From assembly GCA_043228905.1 (NCBI GenBank), contig JBHGNT010000008.1, forward strand, positions 19,778,001 to 19,842,000: 64,000 bases of DNA. Direction: 5' to 3'. Below the pieces are notes generated by a model that was not told the DNA's origin, ran no database searches, and was given only the letters and a program-made list of their open reading frames with translations. How positions within the stretch are numbered: the stretch's first letter is position 1; each line of letters starts with the position of its first letter. Source of the DNA: Azolla caroliniana (Eukaryota > Plantae > Polypodiophyta). Positions 47,693 to 61,347 of the stretch are shown here, one piece after another. A program made the position numbers and the translations under genes.

Positions 47693-50600
47693 GATCAACA
47701 CCTTGAAATCAAGCGAGGTGTGGTATGTTGATTCCGGAGCGTCAAATCATATGACGAGTCACGAGGAATGGTTCTCGTACTTGGAGAAACCGGAATCACA
47801 AGGAGTGGTTGAAACAGGAGACGACACTCCGCATACCATCGAACATGTCGGCGAAGTTCCTCTCAGCCCCGACAATAATGAAAAACCTCATGAAAGGGAA
47901 ACTCATGAACGTGTTGCATGTCTTGACAATAACGAAGAACCTAGTCTTGGTCGGTCAGATCGTCGACTAGGGAATGCAGGTTCGATTCACGCATCTCAAC
48001 TGCTTCATAGAAGAGGAAGGCAAAGTAAACGTGCAAGGGCGCCATGAAGGGAGGATGTTTATCCTCGACACTAGTCAAGCCGAAACCGTGTCGAAAGGAC
48101 AAAAGGTCGAATCGGATATTGACTTGTGGCACAAGCAGTTCGACCACATAAATTTCCCAGGGCTTCGTGAAATGCAGACGAAGAACATTATTTTCGGGTT
48201 GCCAAAATTTCGTGGCCGGAATGGCCAAGTTTGCGAAGCCTGTCAGATGGGAAAACAACATCGATTTCCATTCCCAAATGAGCGTAATCGTAGTCGAAGT
48301 CCGCTGGATTTGATCCATTCGGATGGGTGGGGACCAACACTGAACATGAGTCTCAGTGGAAGTCGTTACTTTGTAACCTTCATCGATGACTTCACTCGGC
48401 ACACGTGGGCATGCATGATCGCGAAGAAGAGCGAAGTCTTCACATGTTTCTTGGAGGTGAAGAGCCTCGTGGAAAGGGAAAGTAGGCGCAAGATCAAATG
48501 CCTACAGAGCAGATGGTGGGAAGGAATACTTCTCCGACCAGTTCACTTGTTATCTACGGAAGGAGGGAGTTCAACGTGAATTCTTGTGTAGATATACGCC
48601 GGAGCAGAATGGTGTAGCCGAGCGAAAGAATCGAACGATTGAAGAAGCGACCAGGGCAATGCTTGAAGAGAAGCATATGCCAAAATTTTATTGGGCCGAA
48701 ACCATGAGGATGCTTGTGTAATTGCAGAATCGGACTTTTGCTAATGGAGGAGTGTCGCCACATGAGCTGTATTTCGGGAAGAAGCCGAACATGGCACACT
48801 TGAGGATTTTTGGTTGCATCGTATATGTGCACGTGCCGAAGGAGAAAAGGAGGAAACTAGATGCTAAAGCTGAGAAATGTATCTTGGTCGGCTATTCAGA
48901 TGAGCAGAAAGGGTATAAGTGTTATAACCCTCGAACAAAGGAAGTACGTGTAAGCCGCGACATTGTGTTCGACGAGTCCGCTTCGTGGTACCTGCCTTCT
49001 CCTCCAGAACCTTATGACTCCATTCTGATTTTTGAAGAAGAAATCAGCGAGGCTGAAATGCCTCCGCATGATAAGGACGTCAAAGCTTTGAGAGAGAGTC
49101 CGATCTCATTTCGGCCGACATGGCCAACCAGATGATGAGACGGCGAGTAGTGGACACTCGGCCGTGCATTCCCCGCGCACGAATCCAAGGAGCCGGCTTA
49201 CGCGCAAGGAAAAGGGCAAGAAGAAGACGCCGGAATACGATTTCGGTAGTGTTGAGTCAGTTCGAAGCGAATCTGACATCGAGCTAGTCGAAAAGGAACC
49301 TCTACGGAAGAGGTCGAAATCGGCCAGAAAGGTCGTGAAATCGGGTAATCACGAATTACGCCGATCTACCCACCAGAAGAACCCTGTAAAGAGGTATGGG
49401 TATAATGAGTACATGGCACACCATTACGCGTACATGACGCGAGTGGCAGAAGTGCGTGAGCCGGAGAGCTACGCAGAAGCGGCGAAAGACGCGAACTGGC
49501 ATGCCGCAATGGAGGAAGAGATGCACGCATTGGCAGAGAATGAGACATGCGACTTGGGTGATGCACCAAAAGTTGTGAAGCCGATCATATGTAAGTGGGT
49601 GTACAAGGTTAAGTACAACACTTATGGCTCGGTCAACTAATACAAGGCCCGTTTGGTAGCGAAAGGCTACATGCAGAAGCACGATGTGGACTATGACGAG
49701 ACCTTCACGCCTGTCACGAAGATGACGACCGTTTGTGTTTTGCTCGCAGTAGTTGTGGCGAAGGGGTGGCATTTACATCAGTTGGATGTAAAGAATGCGT
49801 TCCTACAAGGTGATCTTGAGGAACAAGTGTACATGGTACATCCCCCCGGATTTCTATCCTAACAAAACACCTCGGCAGTCTGCCGATTGAAGAAACCCTT
49901 ATATGGACTAAAGCAAGCCCCGCGAGCTTGGAACACAAAGATTACGCAACAGTTGCGTAGGATGGGGTTTGCGCCATCGAAATCAGACTCTTCTCTATTT
50001 GTTTGGCCAAGACAATATGGACCGGTCAGCCTGCTCTTGTACATTGATGATTTAGTCATTGCCGGTGCCGACCTTGACGAAATCCGCTGCGTGAAGTCTC
50101 AGCTTGCGGCATCGTTTGAAATGAAGGATCTCGGAGACCTTCATTACTTCCTTGGGATCGACGTGATCCGTTCCCCCGAAGGCATATTGCTCAGCCAACG
50201 TCATTACGCACTGAATATGCTCTTCAAGTTCGGGATGACAAACTGTAAGCCCATCTCGACCCCCTTGGATAGAAACGTGAAGCTTTGCCCAGATTCGGGC
50301 AACGCGTGCAACCCAACACGGTTCCGACAGATTGTCGGGAGCCTTATCTATTGGACGATTAGTCGGCCGGATTTTAGCTACCCGGTTGGCTTAATCAGTC
50401 AATTCATGTCGCAGCCTACAGCCGAACACTTTCAGTGCGCACAACGGATACTGTGTTATGTCAGCGGCACGAAAGACATTGCGTTGCTATATCGAGTAGG
50501 CATAGCTGAATAGTTAGTCGGCTACACGGATGTCGATTGGGCCGAAAACGCCCACGATCGTCGATCCACATCTGGATACGCATTCTCATTGGGAAGTGTG

Positions 50601-53600
50601 GCGATCGCATGGAGCAGCAAGAAGTAGCCGACAGTAGCCCTATCGAGCATGGAGGCCAAATATCGAGGGGCGATTGTCGCTACGTGCGAAGTCATTTAGC
50701 TGAAACGGCAATTACGAGATCTGCAGGTAGAGGTGTCTGATCCAACAACGATCCATTGTGACAACCTTAGCAGTATCCACCTGGCGAAGAACCCCGTGTT
50801 CCACGCCTGGACCAAGCACATTGAGGTGCATTACCATTTTGTCTGCGACTGGGGGTCCTTTCAGGAGAAGTCGAATTGGTGCATGTTTCGAATGATCGGT
50901 AGATTGCCGACATCTTCACAAAACTTCTTGGTCTTGACAAGTTACGGCATTTATTGGGTGCGCTTGGGTTGTATCACCTCGACATGCCAAACTTGAGGGG
51001 GAGAAAGGAAGACAAACAGGAACAAGAGTGTGAAAGGAGCAGAGGTAAGGATCACGGCGGAAGTGATCGAGATGCGGAGTCGGATGGAGAATCTGACTTT
51101 GAACCGGCTGAGGAAGCCGAAGACGGAAGCAAGCGCAAGGGCCGTAAGCATAAGAAGGATCCGAGGATAGCCGAATCAGTGGGAGATACAACCAAGAAGG
51201 ATGTAAAGGCTAAGACCAAGACGTGGTCTGATGTAGTCAAGGGCCTAAAGACACGGGTCATTTGAAACAGGTAATATGTCGCATTATGAGAACACTACGT
51301 CGAAAAAGGGCACAAAAGCACGCAGTTTTCAAAAAGACACGACGCATGCGTAAAGCTTTTCAGAAAAGGTGGCAAAATATATTGAATTTCAACATGACTA
51401 CCACTTTGAGGCATAAGTAAAATGCCTCCAAAAATACATCACCAAAATTACAAAATAATGTACAACATGTCTACCAGTTACAATTATACATATTCGTGAG
51501 TTTACATCCAAAACAAATTTACAAAGTTTCCGATCATGTAGTAAAACAATCCCCAGCTTGAACCAAACCAATATATTAAGACATGTCTGATGGACTAGAA
51601 GAGCATTCTGACGTCTCATCCTCATCATCAGTGGCAATCAAAGCATTATCCTCATCCAATTCCAACCCAACATCTTTGTGGTTATGAGAATTGCTTCTGG
51701 TTATTCTCTGTATTTCATTTGACACCATGTTTGGGATTTTGTCCTTTATTATCTTGATAGTTGCTTGTCTTAGATGACCTGATTTTGTCAATGAGAAGTC
51801 ATATACTAGTATGTCAACACGGTCTAGTGCGAGAGTAGCCGTGCTCGGTATATTCTTTCTTCTTCTCTTTCAGCTTGAACATCCGACATCCTTAACCATC
51901 TCTAAAGAATACTTTACTGTAAATGCATCAGGTGAAGTTGTCTGATACCAGTGGACTACCATTGACTTTGTCTGACTACTTTCTTCATCCCTTACTAATT
52001 CAATAATTTTTGCAATCCAAAATGGATGGCCCAAGGTATCGTCCCCTGCTAATGTTGCAACCAACATTCCCACTTGTAGTTCTTGCAAATTAACTTGCCA
52101 TCTTGCCTCAACAGTACGTGACTTTCTTGGTCCCACATAAATATCTCTTTGCAGTGGCCAAACTAAATCATGAAGCTCCATATTATTCAATTGTTGGTAA
52201 TGAGTCTGTGATATCGTTGATGTCATCCCAATGTTCCATGTGAATGGGATACGGATTGGCCATAAACCGGCGATGTAATTATCTAAAATGGTGCGTTGAT
52301 GGGTGAAGAAAATCTCCCACCATTCAACATCCTCATCACCGGCATACTTCTTAGTCCGATCAATATTATTTTGTTTCTCTGCTAGACATCTCAACCAATA
52401 TGCCCTTTGTTCATCAATAGTACTATTTGGTGCTACATTTTTACGATCATCATATGGCATTTGTTGTGCACCATGTAGAGGTTCATCTGGGATATGAAGA
52501 AGGAGCCTACAACCTTCTTGGGGCTCCCATTGTGCACTAGATGAGTATTGTTTCGCAAACAACACCGTCATTTTGAGGTGGGCCGATCTTTGTTTTATGA
52601 GGAAGACATGGTTGAAACTTATATTATTAAGAGGTGCAAGCACCCTACCTTTAGTCCTGTCACTATCCATGCAGAAAAGTTTAAAGTCGTATACTTCTTC
52701 GAAGTGTTGTACTTCAGGCTTTGGTGTATATGCTTCACTAATCAATTTGGATAGTGTGGGAAGTATGAAAGCATTACAACGAGCAAGTTTCTTTGAGAAC
52801 CTACTGAACATTTGATCTATGTGATCATGGGTATGACCAACCAATAAGAAGTTAACGTTTATCTTTTTAAATATGCCCCTCTCTACTAGCATGCTTAGAT
52901 AGCCGAAGACAGTTGAGTTCTTATTCTCTCTTGCTGTGTTGTCTAGTTGCACATATAGAACTGGCGGGAGTATACCTGACCATGATTGCAATACCCTGTG
53001 CATGACAGTGACAGTAAGATTAGGGTCGTTGTGGATATTGGGATAAGTTAAGAACACTTGCGGTCTTATAGTTTGACAATATGTCAAACAACCCACTAGA
53101 TGGATTTGCACGAGACACTCATCTCCAATATCCTTGGGGAGTCTTTGAAAATGCGGCAAACAAGTTTTCTTTTGATCCATGCCGTCAATAATCATGCACA
53201 TATACTTTTCGGGAGATTGAAACGCTTTTTGTCGGTGATGCATAGCCTTAGTACGTTCTAATGCCTGACTTTCACGATGTTCTTTTAACAGGTTCTTGTA
53301 ATTCTTGATCTCTACATCTGATTTTCCACCCTTAGAGATGAATTGGAGATAGCCAATTCAGATGAGGGCGGAATTGAATCGGAAGTGTTTGATTCGGATA
53401 CGCCGAATCAACTGAAGTCCATGCGGGAAAAAGGGCAGCGAAGGACGCGCCGACACCGCGACAACAAGGGAGCTGAAAAGGGCCGGATGAGCAGACAAGG
53501 CGACCGGAAGGGTCGAGGCACGCGGAATCGAATGGGTCGAGGAGTGCGAGCGAGGCGTGAAGCCAAAAGGAACCGGAGTGTAGATCCGGAAGAGCGGACA

Positions 53601-53928
53601 GAACCTCAAGTTGAGCTTGAGGGGGAGTGTTGAGAGACAAGCTCAACATTCGATGCGTAATCGGGTGCATAACCCAGTACGTAAACTAGGTGCGTAGAAC
53701 CATGCGCACAATAGGCCATAGCGGTGCGTAAACCGCGAGGCCGTTGGAAAGATATTCCTCGAAAGGAATAATTTTGGGAGTGCGTGTAGCGGCTCATTTA
53801 TGAGTGTCAAGTACTATCAGTACTTGTGTCAGCCGGATTTTTAGGGCTTGTATATAAGGTGCTCACTGAGCACGAAGTGTGTACAGAACAGAGAGTCATT
53901 ATTTTCAATCTGAGCTTTCTGTTGTCTG

Positions 53929-53962
<34 letters not shown>

Positions 53963-54073
53963 CTCTCTCCATCTCCATCTCTATGTTTTCTGTGTTTTAC
54001 CGAACTGTCTTATTCCTCCGAATTGTCTACTTTGTGTTTACGCACACGCTTCTGCACAACGTATTCTTTTACA
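47693..54073 (+). mobile_element. Element G: 5'-truncated Ty1/copia of the F family with the 3' LTR only (53628-54073)
   Basis: Starts at PR (WYVDSGASNHMT); INT, RT (YIDD) and RH follow; PPT GAGGGGGAG at 53619-53627; LTR TGTTGAG...TTTTACA; flanked by a 120-bp duplication. Confidence 0.9.
51255..53331 (-). mobile_element. Truncated DNA transposon with a Sola-like (DUF7869-type) DDE transposase, inserted in G
   Basis: ORF 51870-53243 (frame stays open to the junction at ~53331) with IIDGMDQKKT.LPHF, LYVQLDNTARENKN and FLLVGHTHDHIDQMFS motifs, plus C-terminal PFWIAKI..VVHWY; copia sequence resumes on both sides. Confidence 0.75.
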
Positions 54074-55462
54074 TATATGTTTTGCTGACAGTCTTGCCTG
54101 TGATTGAAAGTATTGCAAGAATATCTTATGTATCACTACCTTTTTGAATTTATCTTGCACATAATGTCTCGGCTTCCATAGTGCCTATACTACAGTGAGT
54201 ATTTCTTTCTTGTGGGTAGGCCATCTGCTTTCTATTTTTGAAAATGTTTTTGACTCATACGCAATTGGATGACCATCCTGCATAAGGACCGCCCCATAAG
54301 CATAATCTGATGCATCAATATGAATTTCAAAAGGCCCAGTGGAATCCAATAGTTTCAACACTGGTTGAGAACACACCGCCTCCTTCAATTAGTCAAAAGC
54401 ATGGTGCTCTATTTTTGAGCACTTAAACACTTGTGAGCTCGTCATGTGCCATTTGTTTAAGGTGATGTAGCTCCTTGAAACCATGATTGTCCTTTACATA
54501 GACGAGTAGAGAGGATCAACATCCTAAGGTTGACCCCATGTGCTAATCGTAGAGGGATTGATAGTAATTCTCAATTGAAAATTTAAATTTTATGAATGTT
54601 TTGTTAACAAAAGATGTTATCAAGCTCTTGACAAATGGTGTAGAAGCAGGCCATGTTGGGAACATTCTCTTCATTACCAATGGAGTCGTGAGCCATTTCA
54701 TTGAGAGGGGGCACCCCTCTGAAACCGTGATTGCCCTATAGGTAGACAAACAAAGACGATCTATAGGTTAAGGTTGAAGACCCCATGGACTAATCCTAAG
54801 AGAATTAATAATAATCCCTAATTAAAATTTTTAATTCTAAGAACGTTTTGTTATCAAAAGTGATTTCCATGCAATTACAAACGATAGAGAACCACAACGT
54901 GTTGAGAACGTTCTCTTCGTTGCCAAAAGAGTCGTGTGCCATTGATTGGGGGGAGAGCCCCTGAAACCATGATTGCCATGTAAGTAAACAAACACAAAGG
55001 ATTTACACCCTAAAATTGAGGGACCCATTTGCTAAGCATAGAGGGTTTGGCTAACTTAAAAGAAGTAAGGGGCCAATAGGATTCACATTACTCTCATTAA
55101 ACCTATACAATATTATTGTTTAATTATTTTCTACATATTTAGAGTCTAATTTGGTTTTGAAGAGACTACAATTATGCTCATTACAGTCCAACATCATTGA
55201 ATATTTTAAACACATGACAACGCCGACTTAAGTTTAATATTAATCCCTAATGGGAAGACATGGTTCCTTTTCTTATAATATTATGGAATATGCATAGATG
55301 CGCATCTTTTCCAACCTATATTTTAATACATTGGACAAGCATTTTATTATATTTGACAATGACGTAAAGTTTAGGCTACAACGTTGAATTGTATCACCTG
55401 GAGGATGGAGGATCCTTGACTTTGAGAGGCATATTTCTATCATTGACATTATTATCTATTAG

Positions 55463-55520
<58 letters not shown>

Positions 55521-55623
55521 GGTATATATCATAGTACAAGCACAAGCACACATAATGAGGGGAAGTTCATATTCGACAAAAGAAATAAACTTTCTGTTCA
55601 ATATTGAGCAACCACCACATAAA

Positions 55624-56027
55624 ATGAAAAATCAACGTATTAATTATGCACCTTTTACTCTTCTATTAGTGTGGATAAATTGTTTTGTTGGTTGCATAGC
55701 ATGAACACAACAAAATCAATTTCTAAATGCACATAATGTGGACCGGCCAAATTGGGAATTCCACTTCTAGTTTGGAGTAAAACATTGGAAGACTATGCCA
55801 ACAAATACACCATAAGCCAAGATAAACCCTAACCTGTTTGTCCTAGTGCATTACGCCATTCCAAAGGTCCTTATGGAGAGAACGTGTATTGGTATTGGAC
55901 TACCACCCACGCCCTACCACAACGTGTTGGATGCGTTGCTCATAAATGCACCTCCAACCCACTTGCAACATACCTCATATGCAACTACGACCCCCCTGGA
56001 AACTATATCGGCCAACATTCATACTAA
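55624..56027 (+). pseudogene. PR1: PR-1 pseudogene (duplicate of 45746-46270)
   Basis: Same ATG and signal peptide; TGA at codon 27 (55702-55704), small indels, and a ~120-bp deletion removing the GHYTQVVW region. Confidence 0.93.
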
Positions 56028-56444
56028 ATATCCATCTTATTGTCATGCATTTCCACTTACGGCTACATGTGTTCCTAATTCATCTAAGCTAAGTTATGGT
56101 TTACCCTCCATGTCTTTCTAATTGTTCCCAAATCATATGTATCATTATTAAGAGAAAGTGATTTTTTTCAATTTCCCATGTTATTTTGCTAATGCTTATA
56201 ATTCACTTACCGAATCATTTATGTCATCTTTGAAGTGTAACCAATTTATAAGAGACACCTAATTAATCGGAAACCGTAGATATTATACTTCACGAGACAA
56301 CTAATTCTGTTGAACCGCTAAGTGTTAAGAGACAAAATGGCCTTTAGGAGTTCATGAGAGAATTTTGATTAGAAAGGATAAAAAGATTATTTATTTCGTA
56401 TAGTATTCTCATTAAAATCCAATAATAAAATTTAATGTACTCTG

Positions 56445-57560
56445 ACACATATTTCTTGTGCTCTTACAAAGACTTAATAAACATTAGCAGATTGTCAATA
56501 TAAATGATAACAAATTTATCCAAATAATCTCGAGATATTTCATTCCCAAGTCTACAAAAGGTTCTTTGTGCTCAGGTTAAGCCAAAAGTCATCACGAACC
56601 ACTCAAAACTTTTGGATCTAGTTCTTAACGCAATTTTCTCAATGTCTTCTATGGCTATTCGGATCTAATGATATCCGGATCGTAAATCAATGTGAGAAAA
56701 ATATTGGGCTCCTTGTAACTAATCCAATAAGCTAGGTATCAAAGGTAACAAATACTTACTTTTTATTGTAATCTTATTGAGTGATCTATACTCCAGAGAC
56801 ATACATAGTGTGCGTCTTTCTTGGCCACGAAAATTACAGGTGCACCATAAGGTGAGTTCCTTGGTCAAATAAACCCACATGCTTCTAGCTCCCACAGTTG
56901 ACATTTAAGTTCTTCTAATTGAGCAACAGTCATGTGATATGGCGCTTTGGCAGGTGGTATGCTCCTGGGCACAATTTGAATTTTATGGTTGATTGCTCTT
57001 TGTGGTGGCAACATGTTTGGTAATTCCCTTGTTAGTACGCCATTGAATTGTTCGATTATTTTCTTGAAGTTATCTTCACCTAGTTATACCCTACTTGTCG
57101 TTCGTGGATTTCTAAGTAGGGCCTAATAGAGAAAACGTTGACCGCCCTTCCTCAAAGCTCTATTTGCCACCTTTGCAATGCATAGCCTTGCTACCATGAA
57201 TGTTGTTTTTGCCATTGTGTTTTGATTTGTAACATTGTGTTTCCTGTCCATGTTCATAATCACCTGCTTTTCCTTCATCGTTATCCAACAAACGTTTATC
57301 CACTTTTTGCAAAACTAGTTAATGACAAATTTGTCAATCCATTCTAGGCCCAAACTTGCCTCAAAGCCATCCATGTCGATAGCTAAAAAGGGTGCATGTA
57401 TTTGTGGACCCCTGCACAAAGTTGGCGAACAAATTGGTTAATGGTTTTAGCTCCAATCCCGACCTCTTGGCACATGTAGCCATGATAAAGTTATGGGTTG
57501 CCCCATTATCCACCACAACTTCACAAGTAGGCCTGTCAATTTTTACTTTGAGAAGAATGT
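56445..57560 (-). pseudogene. pol: Highly degenerate gypsy PR-RT fragment
   Basis: VVDNGATHNFI protease motif; YRSLNKITIKSKYLLPLIPSLLD and QIRIAIEDIEK.A.RTR...FEWFVM.FGLT RT remnants. Confidence 0.75.
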
Positions 57561-59482
57561 TTTTGTTTTGAACTTCTTTTGCATTATCTACATTTTCAAG
57601 CAAATTACAGCTACATAACAAAACAACAAGATCATCAATGTGTTGAGCTTCCATTTTAATGACTTCAACATTAATAATATCAAATGATGGAATAATATTT
57701 TCCTTTTTGTAGCTATTAAAAGGTCCCACCTACTTGATCTCATTCCAAGCAATAACGATGACATTGGTAGCATCTAACTAATGTGTGGACTTTCCAAAAG
57801 CTAAACCAACAGAACCTCTTTTTTTATTTGTATTCGCCAAACAAATCTTAACATATTTTGGACTATCAGGATATGACAAAATTATCTCTTTTATCAAATG
57901 ATATAGGTTGTACCTCTTTTAAGAAGCTGCAATGATAGGATCTTCCACATGGTGTTGTTAGGTACTCCCCCAAATATGTTGGTTGCTTCCATGATGTAAT
58001 ATTTGTAGGGAAAAACATCAGTTGGTAGCATGGTAGCATCACAGTCAAATGCTTCCACATGATTAGGAACATCTTCAAGGATTAGAAGCACTCTATGATT
58101 AGTTTGAGAATAAACAAAAGGTACAAAGAATTGATCAAAGTTAAATATATCAATCTAAGCATTCATTTGTGCAAAATAAGGTAATGACCAAGCATTTTCA
58201 ACCATTTAGGTTGGTTCCTTAGCCTTTCTAATATTTGTCATAGGAGCTTTTTCAATTACAAAGGCCTTGCAACAAACAACTAAGGAAACTCTATCTAGAA
58301 AAAAATCTCTTACCTCAAATTGTAATAGGAGCCTTTCCAAAGATGCCAACAATTCAAGGTCATTTTGATCAACTACCCCTCATTCATCGTGCAAACTCAC
58401 AATATTCAAACATTGACAATGATGAAATTTCCTAAACCAACCCCAAGTTTACTTGAAATTATCATTAGAAATATTTATTAATTCTGTGTAGCCAATCATT
58501 GAGTCTTCTCAATAAATATAAATGGAAGTAATGAAATTGAGAGCTGATGAGATCCATCAATCGAAGCATACAAGCATTCGTGTAATTTGGGGCATTTTTC
58601 TTTTGATCCTCTAAAAGTTGGTTTTCTTATATTTTCATCTTTTTGTTGACTTCATCCTTCTTTATTAAAGTTCTAATTGCAAATTCACTTATACCAAATT
58701 ATCTACTTGTGTTGTGAAGAGAAGGAGATGATAATTGTTCCATTAACTCCAAAATTTGTAGCCTATATTCATCATTGAAATAACATCTGACACCTCGCTT
58801 ATAAGTTGAATTCATCTCTGGTTTCAATTTGATTCAAATATGAGGAACATTGATATCCTTATTGGTTCATGCAAGAACATGGGAGTTATTAAAGAGGTTA
58901 TGGGGGTTTCATCACAATTGTGGAAGCAATTAGAGTGGTTCTGGGGGTGTGATCATAATTCTTGAGTGATTGTCGAGGTTATGCTTCTTTATCCTTGTAC
59001 ACAAACTTTTCACACAAAAATATACCTAAGTGCCCTATTCAATTAAATGTGTACTCATGAAGTTACGTGTGCGTGTGAAACGCGGTCGTGACTATTGGTG
59101 ACTTGGACAAGTGGAGTTGGGTTTGATGATTAAGTTGATAATTTTGGAATGTCTTGTAATTGTCAGTTGTAATTAGTCCAACCTTCCTTTAGATGTTCTA
59201 GAGAGACTTTATTAATCCGTGAATGTGTGTATGTGATTTTATGTACAACTACAATTGTATCAACACACATGTAAATGTATGGATTTACACATTTCTTAGC
59301 ATATAAGTGTACATATGTAATTCTCTTAAATTTTATGCATGTACATATTATGTTTATGTTTTAAGTGTATGTTATTGTGCGAGGGGCATGCATGTGAAAA
59401 TGTAGTGGGTGCATGTACTTAAACGAGTACGTATATATGTATACATGAGTGTGTATGTATTTATGTTTACATATATATGTAT

Positions 59483-60312
59483 CAAGGTTGTTAGGTACGG
59501 TACGAATACCATACGTATTTAACGTATTAATACCCATATAGTACCTCCCAATTTAAAAGTACGTTAAATACGTTTTCTTAATATGTTAAATACTTATAAA
59601 ATACGTAAAATATGTATTTTATGTTAAATACTTCTAGAATTTGAAAATATTTACCTTTCTAAAAAAATTCTATAATATTGTAAAAAACATCTATGTTTAC
59701 CCAATTTTGTGATGTACAATATAGTTCTACATCCTAAAATGCATATAAGACATTTGAACATTTCAAATCCGAAAATACTTGTAGTAATATGGATATCAAC
59801 ATTCCCTTATTCTATAAATCAGTGTAAGTGTGTATCACGATGTTCTACTTCAAATTGTAATTATTTACAATTATGCCTTCATAGATTGAGGAATCGTCTA
59901 CGATTATCACACTCATGATAAGTTTCTCTTTTCTTCGTTTTCTTCGTCTATCTACTACGATTATCACACTCAAGACAAGTTTATGTCTTCTTTTCTCTCT
60001 TCTTCTTCTTCTTCTTCATCTTCTTCATCGTCGTCTCTTCTATTCTTCTTTCTTCCTTCCTTTGGCTTCTTTTTCACTAAAATCTTTTTTTTCTTTTGCT
60101 TTTTGTTAGGGTTTTACTTACATTTTCTTTATAAATACGTATTATACTTGTTTTTTTATAAATACGTTAAATATTGTATTGGACAACATTGAGGTATAGT
60201 ACGTTAAATACATGATATTTGACTGAACAACATTGAGGTATAGTACGTACTATACAAATGATGAGGTACTATACGTATTTAAACGTTAAATACGGGTACG
60301 TAAACAACCATG
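59483..60312. mobile_element. Non-autonomous hAT-type DNA transposon (MITE-like, 830 bp)
   Basis: TIRs CAAGGTTGTT / AACAACCATG; 8-bp TSD ATATGTAT / ATGTGTAT (7 of 8 match); many subterminal (A)ATACGT motifs. Confidence 0.75.
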
Positions 60313-60909
60313 ATGTGTATATATGTAAGTGTATGTTGTTGTGGTTGTGTTACTGTATGTATACATTATGTATAAGGATGTGTATGATTATATAAGTGTG
60401 TGCATTAATGTCAATGTATAGGTAACATGTAAGATTTAATGTATATGAGTGAGTGGTATGTTGGTATGTTGGGGTATTTAGGGAAAAGTGGATGTCTCGT
60501 CCTTCGTGGGTAGAGACTTAGGAGAAGTGAAGGTGAACAGAATGGGGGAGAGGAATAATGTGTGAGTGACATAGACGCATCACTCATTGTAGGTTCGACA
60601 TTAGCTTCCATCACCTACATCGACAATCCATAATCGTCAATCGTCGGCAACAATAGCAATAAAAGTAGTAGTCATGTTGGCTTGGGTAATAGTCAATAGT
60701 TTTCGCTTTGCTCTTCTTCCTTTTTCTTGCTCTACTATTCATCTATGAGTAGGAGAGGGCACCTCCTTCCCTCCTCTTTCTTGGGAGTTTCCATGAAGGC
60801 TTAGGCCTTTATGAATTAAACCCATCAAGGGTTTGGCCCTTCATGGATTGAATTCATGAAAGGTAGGGAAACATGTTTTGACACATGTTTCTCATGCTCA
60901 CACATTTTC

Positions 60910-61347
60910 TCCAAAATCTTTCATCACAAACATTTTTCAAGTGATAGAGTACTTGAGTTTTTGAGCTCGATGTTGCAAGTTCTAATCCCAACGTTCATTG
61001 GTGCGCGTTTCTTGTAACTTCTCATATGGGCTTCGGATTTGTGATGTGAAAGTTTTGTTGTGATCCCCACGAAACCTTTTGGATGGGTTTATCAAATCTA
61101 TAGATTTGAACATCCCATCATGAGTTTACACAATTTTTCCCTCCAAAATCTTTCATCACAAACATCGATCAGTTGACAGAATACTTCATTTTCTGAGCTC
61201 GATGTTGCAAGTTCTAATCCCAACGTTCATCGATGTGCGATTCTTGTAACTTCTCATATGGGCTTCGGATTTGTGATGTGAAACTTTTGTTGTGATTCCC
61301 ACGAAACCTTTTGGATGGTTTTATCAAATCTATAGATTTGAACATCT
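60910..61347. repeat. About 230-bp tandem duplication
   Basis: CTCCAAAATCTTTCATCACAAAC...CTATAGATTTGAACATC starts at 60910 and again at 61141. Confidence 0.9.

Larger units (their letters stand above)
46920..54430 (-). pseudogene. pol: Gypsy RH-INT fragment (46920-47692 and 54074-54430) interrupted by copia G
   Basis: FEIHIDASDYAYGAVLMQDGHPIAYESK; WEDMLANFDIKIVHKKGK..ALSRLP; integrase HHCC-like EVHN...HGG...YFMW..M.KEI.EY...RVCQ. Confidence 0.85.

Noticed and set aside
55846-56121. 91-aa ORF as a new gene
   Set aside because: Off-frame reading of the PR-1 pseudogene.
57800-59050. Possible host gene exons
   Set aside because: No recognisable motifs or sustained frame; probably very old gypsy gag/UTR remnants, which cannot be supported by eye.
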